32,000 nt of DNA from Dickeya dadantii NCPPB 898 (GTDB taxonomy: Bacteria > Pseudomonadota > Gammaproteobacteria > Enterobacterales > Enterobacteriaceae), in assembly GCF_000406145.1 (NCBI RefSeq), contig NZ_CM001976.1, positions 3,915,277 through 3,947,276 on the forward strand, written 5' to 3'. The translations under genes and the position numbers were made by a program. The notes beneath the pieces are model-generated. The model was not told the origin of the DNA and searched no databases. It saw only the letters and a program-made list of their open reading frames with translations. This document shows positions 18,854 to 26,828 of this stretch, piece by piece (within the stretch, counting starts at the first letter, position 1; each line of letters starts with the position of its first letter).

Positions 18854-20644
18854 ATGGCGGACTCCCCGGCAACACACAGCGACGGCGTGGTGACCTGCAC
18901 CATCAAGAGTAACGGCGCCGAGATCGGCAACGATATCCCGCTGTTATCGCTTCACGTCTGTAAACGGGTGAACCATATCGCCCGCGCGGAACTGGTGATG
19001 GTGGACGGCGACATGCCGCAAAACCGTTTTCCGCTCAGCAGCGGCGATCTGTTCAAGCCGGGCAACAGCCTGACCATCGCGGCCGGTTACGCCAGCCAGG
19101 AACAGCTGTTGTTCGAGGGAATCATCATTCGCCACGGCATCAGCATCGGCGGCGCAGGGCATTCACGACTGGTGATCGAGTGTCGGGATAAAGCCATCGG
19201 CATGACGGTGGCCCGCCGCAACGACAACTACCTCAAACAGAAAGACAGCGACATTTTACGCCGGCTGATTGGCCGCTGCGCCGGACTCAGCGCCCGTGTC
19301 GACGCCACGACGACCCAGCACGACGAACTGGTGCAGTTCAACTGCACCGACTGGGACTTTCTGCTCGCCAGAGCGGAAGCCAACGGGCTGGTGGTGTGTA
19401 ACGACGACAACACCGTCGCCGTTACCGCCCCCAAACTGAACGCCTCGCCGGTGTTGACCGTCACCTACGGCGACGACCTGATTTCGCTCACCGCCGACAT
19501 CGACGCCCGCCACCAGTTTACCTCGGTGACCGGCGTCGGCTGGGACATCAAAAACCAGCAGCCGGTACAGGAAAAAGCCGCCGCCCAGTCCGTCAGCAAG
19601 CAGGGCAACCTCAGCGCCGACGAACTGGCAAAAGTGCTGGGGCTAGCGGAATACCGGCTGCAAAGCGCCACGCCGCTGGTGAATACCGCGCTACGGGACT
19701 GGGCGCGCGGCCAGCAGGTGAAGTCCGCCCTCTCCCGCCTGCGCGGCACCCTGACCTGTCAGGGCAGTGCCCGGGCGCGCATCAACACCCTGATCGAGCT
19801 GGCCGGGGTCGGCGCGCGCTTTAACGGCCACCTCTACGTCAGCGGCGTCCGCCATCACATTCAGGACGGCCAGTGGCTGACCCACATCGACTTCGGTATG
19901 CCGCCGGTGTGGTCGGCCGAGCACCGGGATCTGACGCCGCCGCCCGCCGCCGGCCTGCTGCCCGGCGTGGACGGATTACAGATAGGCATCGTCAAAAAAC
20001 TGGATGGCGACCCGGAGCAGCAGCACCGCGTTCAGGTATCGGTGCCGGTGATGCAGGCGGAAAACGACGGCGTCTGGGCGCGGCTGGCCAGTTACTACGC
20101 CTCGACCGGCATCGGAGCGCAATTCATGCCGGAGGTGGGTGACGAAGTAGTGCTGGGCTACTTCAACAACAACCCGTCCGACCCGGTGATCCTCGGCAGC
20201 CTTTACAGCAGCAAGAACCCGCCGCCGGTCGCGCCGGAAGCCAAAAACACCCTCAAAACGCTGATGACCCGCAGCCAGCTGACGTTGCAGTTCAACGAAG
20301 AGGACAAGTCGATCACCCTGACCACCCCGGGCGGCAATCAGGCGGTGCTGAGCGACAAGGGCAAAACGGTGACGTTGCAGGACCAAAACGGCAACAGCGT
20401 CACGCTGGATTCCTCCGGCATCACGCTGGACAGCCCGAAGAACATCACCCTCAACGCCAAAGGGAAAATCGAGCTGAGCGCCGCCAGCGCCATCAACATC
20501 AGCGCCAAAGCCAACGTCACCGCCGAGGGGATGAACGTCAGCCTGTCGGCCAAAACCGGCCTGACCGCCAAGGGAACCGCCACCGCCGAACTGTCGGCCT
20601 CCGGCCAAACGGTGGTGAAAGGCGGCATCGTGATGATCAACTAG
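18854..20644 (+). CDS. VgrG-like spike protein (gpD-like + gp5 OB-fold + C-terminal beta-helix; Afp8-like)
   Basis: 596 aa. HRVQVSVPVMQAENDGVWARLASYYASTGIGAQFMPEVGDEVVLGYFNNNPSDPVILGSLYS is the gp5/base_V OB-fold signature. The C-terminus has repetitive beta-helix strands (ITLTTPGGNQAVLSDKGKTVTLQDQNGNSVTLDSSGITLDSPKNITLNAKGKIELSA...). Confidence 0.88.
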   Translation: MADSPATHSDGVVTCTIKSNGAEIGNDIPLLSLHVCKRVNHIARAELVMVDGDMPQNRFPLSSGDLFKPGNSLTIAAGYASQEQLLFEGIIIRHGISIGGAGHSRLVIECRDKAIGMTVARRNDNYLKQKDSDILRRLIGRCAGLSARVDATTTQHDELVQFNCTDWDFLLARAEANGLVVCNDDNTVAVTAPKLNASPVLTVTYGDDLISLTADIDARHQFTSVTGVGWDIKNQQPVQEKAAAQSVSKQGNLSADELAKVLGLAEYRLQSATPLVNTALRDWARGQQVKSALSRLRGTLTCQGSARARINTLIELAGVGARFNGHLYVSGVRHHIQDGQWLTHIDFGMPPVWSAEHRDLTPPPAAGLLPGVDGLQIGIVKKLDGDPEQQHRVQVSVPVMQAENDGVWARLASYYASTGIGAQFMPEVGDEVVLGYFNNNPSDPVILGSLYSSKNPPPVAPEAKNTLKTLMTRSQLTLQFNEEDKSITLTTPGGNQAVLSDKGKTVTLQDQNGNSVTLDSSGITLDSPKNITLNAKGKIELSAASAINISAKANVTAEGMNVSLSAKTGLTAKGTATAELSASGQTVVKGGIVMIN

Positions 20645-21059
20645 CGTTGATTCACTGAGATCAGTAGAGCGGTGGTTATCGAATGCCTGAAAGAAGTGAG
20701 CAACACAGATGCAGAAATAGCATGACCTTTTCTGGCGTCAAAACTGTGCTGAGGCGTTCGACTTCGCCGGGTGAGCCGCACGGACGCGGCGAAAGCCCGT
20801 GCCGCGTCTGGAACGCGTCACGGGCGGCCCGAACAGCGAAGGTGAATGCCGAAGGGACCGCGCCAGCGGCACAGTTTAGCCTCCCAGCCAGTGGTCAAGG
20901 AGAGGCGGCGTTTGAGCCTCTCCTTGTCGTGCGTGCGACAACGTTTCAAGGGAAAAACAGGGCTTACCCCGCACGAAACCGCGCCAGGTTCTGCCATAAC
21001 CCCATGAATTATCAATGCAACCAGGCTGCTTGCCGCAGCCAACAACGAGGGAAATAATT
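20645..21059 (+). other. 415-bp non-coding, highly structured insert between the spike and PAAR genes
   Basis: Hairpin A is 20783-20808 (GACGCGGC / GCCGCGTC). Hairpin B is 20795-20825 (GCCCGTGCCGCGT / ACGCGTCACGGGC, 12 of 13 pairs); it overlaps A, so the two are mutually exclusive. Hairpin C is 20896-20926, an 11-bp perfect stem CAAGGAGAGGC / GCCTCTCCTTG that sequesters an SD-like AAGGAGAGG. Hairpin D is 21024-21040 (GGCTGC / GCAGCC). The only long ORF (20683-21057) is full of AGA/AGG/CGA/GGA codons, unlike the neighbouring genes. Confidence 0.6.
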
Positions 21060-21359
21060 ATGCCACCCGCCGCCCGCCTAACCGATTTACACGCCTGCCC
21101 GATGGTGACGCCGGGGTTGCCGCCGATTCCCCATGTCGGTGGCCCGGTGATCGGCCCCGGCGTGCCAACGGTATTAATCGGCAAATTGCCGGCGGCGGTG
21201 CTGGGCGACAACTGTGTGTGCGTCGGGCCGCCGGACGTCATCGTCAAAGGCTCCGCCACCGTGCTGATCGGCGGTAAGCCCGCCGCCCGACTTGGCGATA
21301 CCACCGCGCACGGCGGCAATATCGCGCTCGGCGACTTCACCGTATTGATAGGAGGATAA
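21060..21359 (+). CDS. PAAR-domain spike-tip protein (Afp10-like)
   Basis: 99 aa from ATG 21060 (GAGGGA SD). The sequence MPPAARLTDLHACPMVTPGLPPIPHVGGPVIGPGVPTVLIGKLPAAVLGDNCVCVGPPDVIVKGSATVLIGGKPAARLGDTTAHGG contains PAAR-type repeats (AAR.GD..H). Confidence 0.88.
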   Translation: MPPAARLTDLHACPMVTPGLPPIPHVGGPVIGPGVPTVLIGKLPAAVLGDNCVCVGPPDVIVKGSATVLIGGKPAARLGDTTAHGGNIALGDFTVLIGG

Positions 21360-21362
21360 ACC

Positions 21363-21782
21363 GTGGATAACGATCATGCGTTTCTCGGCACCGGCTGGGG
21401 GTTCCCGCCGCGGTTTGACGCCGCCGCACAAAGCATCGGGATGGTAAGCGGCGATGAAGACGTGCGGCAAAGCCTGGGGTTGCTGCTCTCCACCCGCCCC
21501 GGCGAACGCATCATGGCGCCGGAATACGGCTGCGATATTCAGGGCATGGTGTTTGAAGACCTCACCCTTTCCACCCTCACCGATATGAAGACCCGTATTG
21601 AACAGGCTATCCTGTTCTTCGAGCCGCGCATCCGGCTACAGGCGATTGTCATCGACAACGATCGGGCCATCGACGGCAAACTATTGATTCATATTGACTA
21701 CACCCTGATCGCCACCAATACCCGCAGCAACATGGTGTACCCGTTCTATCTGCGCGAAGGCACGCTGGTGGCGAACCCATGA
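21363..21782 (+). CDS. Baseplate wedge protein, GPW/gp25 family (Afp9-like)
   Basis: 139 aa. FLGTGWGFPPRFD...DVRQSLGLLLSTRPGERIMAPEYGCDI...IEQAILFFEPRI are gp25-family motifs. The GTG start at 21363 has an AGGAGGA SD 6 nt upstream. Confidence 0.87.
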   Translation: MDNDHAFLGTGWGFPPRFDAAAQSIGMVSGDEDVRQSLGLLLSTRPGERIMAPEYGCDIQGMVFEDLTLSTLTDMKTRIEQAILFFEPRIRLQAIVIDNDRAIDGKLLIHIDYTLIATNTRSNMVYPFYLREGTLVANP

Positions 21783-24700
21783 CGCGCATCTGGAACACCC
21801 CGCTGCCGCCCCCGGCCACCTCGCAGCGGCAGCGACTGCCGCCGGCGCTGGAAGACGGCGCGTTCCTGGCGGATGAAATGTCGTTTGAAACGCTGCTGGT
21901 TCTGGCCAGCGATATCGCCGCGCAGCTGTCATTTGACGGCGGCGACGAGGCGCCGTTGTCATGTGATCGCAACGGCGCAGCGCCGCAGGGCAACTGGCAG
22001 GCGCTGTTCGCCAAAAGCGAAGTCACCGGTATGGCGATCATCCTGTCGTTCGACGCCGCGCTGGAACAAAACCGGTTTCGGCAGGCGCAGTCGCGCGGCA
22101 TGGATCACACGCTGGCCTACCTGATCGCCCTCTACGCCAATCTGGATCACTGGTACCGCGCCTTTATTCCCGTCCAGACCGACAGCGCCGACCACATCAA
22201 ACTGACCATCCAGACGGTACTGAAAGCACAACTGGTGCGGCCGTTCCAGTACCTGGTGGTTCTGGCGCAGGCGCTGGATAGCTACCGCCCGTCGCTGCTG
22301 GCCGACCCGCGCCTGCAAACCCTCGACCCGCTGTGGGGAATTCGCTACGACAACGGCCGGTTTATCGCCAGCGAGCAGCAACAGTTGCTGCAACAGCAGT
22401 TGCCGGGCATTCAACTGCTGGAAGAGCAGTTACAGCTCTGTTTTTCCGCCGCCGTCAACACCGTCAGCCAGCTACAGACAGACGGCCGCCGACGGCTGCA
22501 ACAGGCGCTGTCTCACGCCGATCACGCCCCGGAAGTCGCGCTGTACCTGACCTTTCTGCAGCTATTCGCCCGAGCGCAGGCGCGGCTCAACCGCTTCACC
22601 GAACGACACCTCGACTTTTACTACCGTCAGGTGCTCCGGCAGCAACCGCAACCGCTCACAGCCGATGCGGTGTTCCTGAAACTGACGCAGGACAGCGGAC
22701 TAACCACGCCGCTCTCGCTGGAGCGCGGCGTGGTCTTCAGCGGCGGGCAGGATGCCCGCTTGCACGACATCCTCTATCGCAGCGAGCAATCGCTGCAGGT
22801 TAGCGACGCCGAGGTCAAGCAGGTGCATTCGCTGCTGCTCAAACGGGACCCGTTGATGTCGCCGGAACGGGAGCTGGATTTCGTCACCGCCATCCACAGC
22901 GACAGCCTGTGGCCGTGGCGCAGCGACCAGCCCCGTTCTCGCACGCTGCTGACGCTGTTTGGCGAAACGCCGGCCTTGCAGCGCTACCCGTCGCCGTCGG
23001 CGCCGGGCCTCGCCATCATCGACCCGGTGCTGTACCTGCCGGAAGGGCGGCGGCGGGTCAGCCTGACCGTCAATCTGGACGACGCGGCGCGGCCGCATCT
23101 GGCGCAACAGCTGCACCTGCTCAGGGATGCCCCGTACCCGACGGTATTGCGAAATCGGCTGACCACCCTGCTGCTGACGCTGGCGCAGACGCTGACGCCG
23201 CTGCTGCCCGACGACGAGGCGCCCGTCGTTATCGCCGCGCTGGTCGACGCGCTGACGCCCCGTCAGTTACAGGCGTTGCGGCGCAGCCGGGACGACGAAG
23301 CCATCAGCCTGCTGTACAAGTATTTTTTGCTTGGCGTACTGCGCCAGACCAGCGATCCCACGCGCGGTTGTCGAGTGCTGGGGCACCTGTTCAGCCGCCA
23401 GACCCTGAGCCGCACCGACTGGTTGAATGACAATGAACGACGGTTGATTCTGGACAAGAGCCGCCAGTTGCTGCCCGACGACAGCCAGCCGACGCTGGCG
23501 GAACTGCTGAACGGTAACCGGCAGGTCAATTTTTACCGCCTCTACAGCGAGCTGTTTACGCTGCGTCTCAGCACCGAAAGCGGCTGGCAAACCCTCGACG
23601 CTTACCGTATCCACCCGTTGGGCGCGGACGACGACGGCCCCTACGGCTTTCGGCTCACCTTCACCCTGTCGCCCGGCTTCGGGGCGGTCATTCCCTGCGA
23701 CCCGACCCTTCATGGCGACCACTGGCATTACCGCGCGCCGGCGCTGCAACTGGAGATGAAACCGGAAACGCCGCTTTTTCCCTACTCGGTGTTCCGCGAT
23801 TTCGTGCTGGGTCCGTTGCTCCTCGCCACGCGGGTATCCGGCGTGCGGACGTTCCAGGCAGACACCGGCGACGGCCCCGTCGACGTCGGCAAAACCTTTT
23901 ATCCGTTCGGCGCGCAACCCACCGGGCAGCCGTCGCTGACCCTCGCCAGTTACGAGCTGGCCCAAAAGCCGGTGCAGGACGTCACGCTGACGATCGACTG
24001 GGCAAATCTGCCGGGCGGCAGCGACGGCTTTCGCCAGCATTATCAGGGCTACCCCGGCGACTACGCTAACCATCGTTTCCGGGCACAGCTGGCCGTGTTG
24101 CGCGAAGGCGAGTGGAAGGCGGTCGGCAAGCCGTTTGCGCTGTTCGCCTGCGAACCGGGCAGCGATCGGCTGCGCCCCGACGTACAGATTCAGGCCGACC
24201 TGAAGCAGGATTTTCAGCCCGTCCGCCCCGCGGCCGACGCAGAGGCGTTCCATTTCGATCGCGCCAGCCGCAACGGTCTGATCCGCCTGTCGCTGTACGA
24301 GCCGGAACAGGGCTTCGGCCATCATCAGTACGGCTCGCTGCTTAGCCAGACGCTGATGCACAACGCCCGGCGCCGCAAACCGCTACCGCTTCCCCAGCCG
24401 CCCTATACCCCGGCGATCGACCGGCTGACGCTCGGCTATCGAGCCAGTACCCGGATCCATCCGGGTCACGCCGGCCATGAACCGTCGCCGGACAGCCATC
24501 TCCTGCATCTGCACCCGTTCGGCCATGAGGTGCTGTACCCGGCGGCCGAAAGCGGCGGGGATACCCGTCCGGTGGCCTTTTTGCCGCGCTACGACGACGA
24601 CGGTAACCTGTTTATCGGGCTACAGGCGTCGTCGCTCGGCGGCCCGCTGAACCTGTTTTTCCAGCTCGACGATCGGGCCGCGCCCACCGCTATCCGCCAC

Positions 24701-25900
24701 CGTCAGGCGTTCCAGTGGCGTTATCTGGTCGACAACGACTGGCGCGTGCTGCCGCCGCATCAGGTGATCGCCGACACCACCCACGGTTTTATCACCTCCG
24801 GCATCGTTACGCTGGATATCCCACCGGAGATCAACGACCGGCACACCGTAATGCCGGACAGGCTCTACTGGCTGCGGGTCAGTACCCGGCAGGGTATCGG
24901 CGAGTACGCCGGTTGCCTGCACGTCGCCACCCACGTGGTGCGAGCCGTCCGCCAGTGGCCCGACGGGCAACCACCGGATGACGAGCCGACGCCACCCGCC
25001 GCGGCGTCGGGCTGGCGAGCGCTCAATCCACCGGCCGGGCTGGGTGCCATTAGCCTGATGATGCCATCGACCGGCGGCGCGCCGCGGGAATCCACCCGGC
25101 AGTTCCGGCAACGGCTGAGCGAACAGTTACGCCACAAAGGACGGGCGTTAACCGGCTGGGACTATGAACGGCTGGTGCTGCAACACTTTCCCGATATCGA
25201 TCAGGCGCGCTGTTTTCCGCATACCCGTTTCGGCGTGCCGGGCCACCAGCCGGGGCAGGTGCTGCTGCTGGTGCGCCAGCGTCACCCCGCCTGCCGGCAC
25301 CAGCCGTGCGAACCGCTGCACGCCAGCGCCGCGCTGCTGCACCGGATACAAACCTGGTTGCAGACGGTCGCGCCGCCGGGCGCCGCCATCGCGGTGCACT
25401 CGCCGGTGTACGAAAAGGTTCAGGTGCGCTGTAGCGTCGCCTTCCAGCCGGGGCACCATCCGGGACAGGCGCTGCGCCGGTTGAACCGGGATATCTCCGC
25501 TTACCTCTGCCCGTGGCGCGAAGACAGCATCAGCCAGGGATTTGGCACCAGCGTGGCGCTGCGGCAAATAGAAGCCTTTATCGCGCATCTGGATTACGTG
25601 CGTTTCGTGACCGGCTTTTCACTGATCACCATCCGGCAGGCCGGCCTCGACCAAAGCGACGGGCAAACACAACGCTGGCGGCTGACCGACAGCGCCGCGC
25701 TGGCGTCGCACTACCAAACCGGCGATCCCGCCGTAAACAGCCCGAGTCTGACCGGGCTAACTCCGCGCTATCCCTGGAATATTATCCTGCCGGTCGAGCA
25801 GCATGACCTGCGGCTCATTTCGGACTTCAGGCCGCGCCCGCCGGAAGCCATCGGCATCGGCGACCTGACCATCGGCGACAGCTTCATCACCGTCCGTTAG
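21779..25900 (+). CDS. Very large baseplate protein with C-terminal baseplate-J/gp6-like region (Afp11/Cis11-like), 1373 aa
   Basis: The ATG overlaps the gp25 stop (ATGA at 21779-21782). The C-terminal third contains LRHKGRALTGWDYERLVLQHFPDIDQARCF, the R.RAVT..DYE.L.L..FP.V pattern of baseplate-J-like proteins. The N-terminal roughly 900 aa have no motif I recognise. Confidence 0.68.
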   Translation: MTRIWNTPLPPPATSQRQRLPPALEDGAFLADEMSFETLLVLASDIAAQLSFDGGDEAPLSCDRNGAAPQGNWQALFAKSEVTGMAIILSFDAALEQNRFRQAQSRGMDHTLAYLIALYANLDHWYRAFIPVQTDSADHIKLTIQTVLKAQLVRPFQYLVVLAQALDSYRPSLLADPRLQTLDPLWGIRYDNGRFIASEQQQLLQQQLPGIQLLEEQLQLCFSAAVNTVSQLQTDGRRRLQQALSHADHAPEVALYLTFLQLFARAQARLNRFTERHLDFYYRQVLRQQPQPLTADAVFLKLTQDSGLTTPLSLERGVVFSGGQDARLHDILYRSEQSLQVSDAEVKQVHSLLLKRDPLMSPERELDFVTAIHSDSLWPWRSDQPRSRTLLTLFGETPALQRYPSPSAPGLAIIDPVLYLPEGRRRVSLTVNLDDAARPHLAQQLHLLRDAPYPTVLRNRLTTLLLTLAQTLTPLLPDDEAPVVIAALVDALTPRQLQALRRSRDDEAISLLYKYFLLGVLRQTSDPTRGCRVLGHLFSRQTLSRTDWLNDNERRLILDKSRQLLPDDSQPTLAELLNGNRQVNFYRLYSELFTLRLSTESGWQTLDAYRIHPLGADDDGPYGFRLTFTLSPGFGAVIPCDPTLHGDHWHYRAPALQLEMKPETPLFPYSVFRDFVLGPLLLATRVSGVRTFQADTGDGPVDVGKTFYPFGAQPTGQPSLTLASYELAQKPVQDVTLTIDWANLPGGSDGFRQHYQGYPGDYANHRFRAQLAVLREGEWKAVGKPFALFACEPGSDRLRPDVQIQADLKQDFQPVRPAADAEAFHFDRASRNGLIRLSLYEPEQGFGHHQYGSLLSQTLMHNARRRKPLPLPQPPYTPAIDRLTLGYRASTRIHPGHAGHEPSPDSHLLHLHPFGHEVLYPAAESGGDTRPVAFLPRYDDDGNLFIGLQASSLGGPLNLFFQLDDRAAPTAIRHRQAFQWRYLVDNDWRVLPPHQVIADTTHGFITSGIVTLDIPPEINDRHTVMPDRLYWLRVSTRQGIGEYAGCLHVATHVVRAVRQWPDGQPPDDEPTPPAAASGWRALNPPAGLGAISLMMPSTGGAPRESTRQFRQRLSEQLRHKGRALTGWDYERLVLQHFPDIDQARCFPHTRFGVPGHQPGQVLLLVRQRHPACRHQPCEPLHASAALLHRIQTWLQTVAPPGAAIAVHSPVYEKVQVRCSVAFQPGHHPGQALRRLNRDISAYLCPWREDSISQGFGTSVALRQIEAFIAHLDYVRFVTGFSLITIRQAGLDQSDGQTQRWRLTDSAALASHYQTGDPAVNSPSLTGLTPRYPWNIILPVEQHDLRLISDFRPRPPEAIGIGDLTIGDSFITVR

Positions 25901-25925
25901 TCCGTCGCTGCAACGCGCCCGGCAT

Positions 25926-25995
25926 GGCGAGATGAGAGGAACGGCGAGATAAGGGGAACGGAGAAATGAGGAATAACCGCGACATGAGGAGTATG
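25926..25995 (+). repeat. Four tandem purine-rich 17-18 bp repeats in the intergenic region
   Basis: GGCGAGATGAGAGGAAC (25926-25942), GGCGAGATAAGGGGAAC (25943-25959), GGAGAAATGAGGAATAAC (25960-25977) and CGCGACATGAGGAGTATG (25978-25995). Each unit carries an SD-like GAGG/GGGG core, and three carry ATG. The last unit supplies the SD for the GTG start at 25999. Confidence 0.8.
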
Positions 25996-25998
25996 TGA

Positions 25999-26826
25999 GT
26001 GGCAAAACGAAATCGCGGCACCTTGAAAAACTATTTCCGTCAGGGCGCCATGCCGTCCGCCGAACATTTTTCCGACCTGATCGATTCGTCGGTCAACAAA
26101 ATCGAGGAAGGGTTCGATAAAACGCCGGAACAGGGGCTGAAGATCGCCGCGCTCGATACCCACGCCAGACTGATGACGTTTTACCGCGACAGCGACCCGA
26201 CCCGGCCGCTGTGGTCGGTCAGCCTGCAACCGGACAGCGACCTGCTGCGGGTCAACCGCCACGCCGGCGACGGGAACGGCACCGTCGCCGACGCCGAACC
26301 TTTGCTGACGTTCACCCCCGACGGCCGGGCGGGCATCAACACCACTACGCCGCGCCACGCGCTGGATGTCAACGGGGTGATCGGCGCACAGGGGCGCGCC
26401 GGCGCGCAATGGGCGGACCGCCTGCCCGCCGACGGTGAATGGCACGACCTCACGCCGAAACTGGAAGGGTGCCAGGCCTTTGAGGTGGTGGCGGGCGTCG
26501 GCATCCGCCACTCCGGGCGCTACGCACTGATCCACGCCATCGCGCTGAACACCTGCGCGCCGAGCGGTTTCTTCTTCAATTTTTTCAACCGCAAAAACCG
26601 CATCGGCACCCGCCACGCCTATTACCATTCGCGCGCCGACAAGCTGACGCTGCGCTGGCTGCGCGACGACACGCCAGCCGGCGGCCACGACGGCATTCGC
26701 CCCTACCGGTTGCAGATCCGTACCCACACCAGCTACGGCGACGGCATCGTGATTCGCTATCACCTCACCCGGCTGTGGCACGACGCCTACATGCACGACT
26801 GCCTGCTGCCGGCAGGCGAGGAGTGA
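25999..26826 (+). CDS. Short tail-fibre-like protein (275 aa)
   Basis: GTG start with a GAGGAG SD 7 nt upstream. The N-terminal GTLKNYFRQGAMPSAEHFSDLIDSSVN and internal LTFTPDGRAGINTTTPRHALDVNGVI resemble motifs I recall from phage and eCIS tail-fibre N-terminal or collar regions. The C-terminal half is unassigned. Confidence 0.45.
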   Translation: MAKRNRGTLKNYFRQGAMPSAEHFSDLIDSSVNKIEEGFDKTPEQGLKIAALDTHARLMTFYRDSDPTRPLWSVSLQPDSDLLRVNRHAGDGNGTVADAEPLLTFTPDGRAGINTTTPRHALDVNGVIGAQGRAGAQWADRLPADGEWHDLTPKLEGCQAFEVVAGVGIRHSGRYALIHAIALNTCAPSGFFFNFFNRKNRIGTRHAYYHSRADKLTLRWLRDDTPAGGHDGIRPYRLQIRTHTSYGDGIVIRYHLTRLWHDAYMHDCLLPAGEE

Positions 26827-26828
26827 GC

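Noticed and set aside
20771-20830. Resemblance of GAGCCGCACGGACGCGGCGAAAGCCCGTGCC to a group II intron domain V, plus GTGCG at 20929, or to the ACGCAAAGC core of a c-di-GMP-I riboswitch
   Set aside because: The helix length and bulge do not fit the 34-nt domain V. There is no reverse transcriptase and no intron-sized element. The partner GGCAAACC motif of the c-di-GMP-I aptamer is absent. The matches are too short to mean anything without a covariance-model search.
20683-21057. 124-aa ORF filling the spike-PAAR gap
   Set aside because: It is dense in AGA/AGG/CGA/GGA codons and is Arg/Cys-rich with no motif. Its codon pattern is unlike every neighbouring gene, and the region is better explained by the stacked hairpins.
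23267-24361. 364-aa minus-strand ORF inside the 1373-aa baseplate gene
   Set aside because: Same antisense artefact. It has no SD and no recognisable motif, and the + strand frame is continuous and carries the baseplate-J-like signature.
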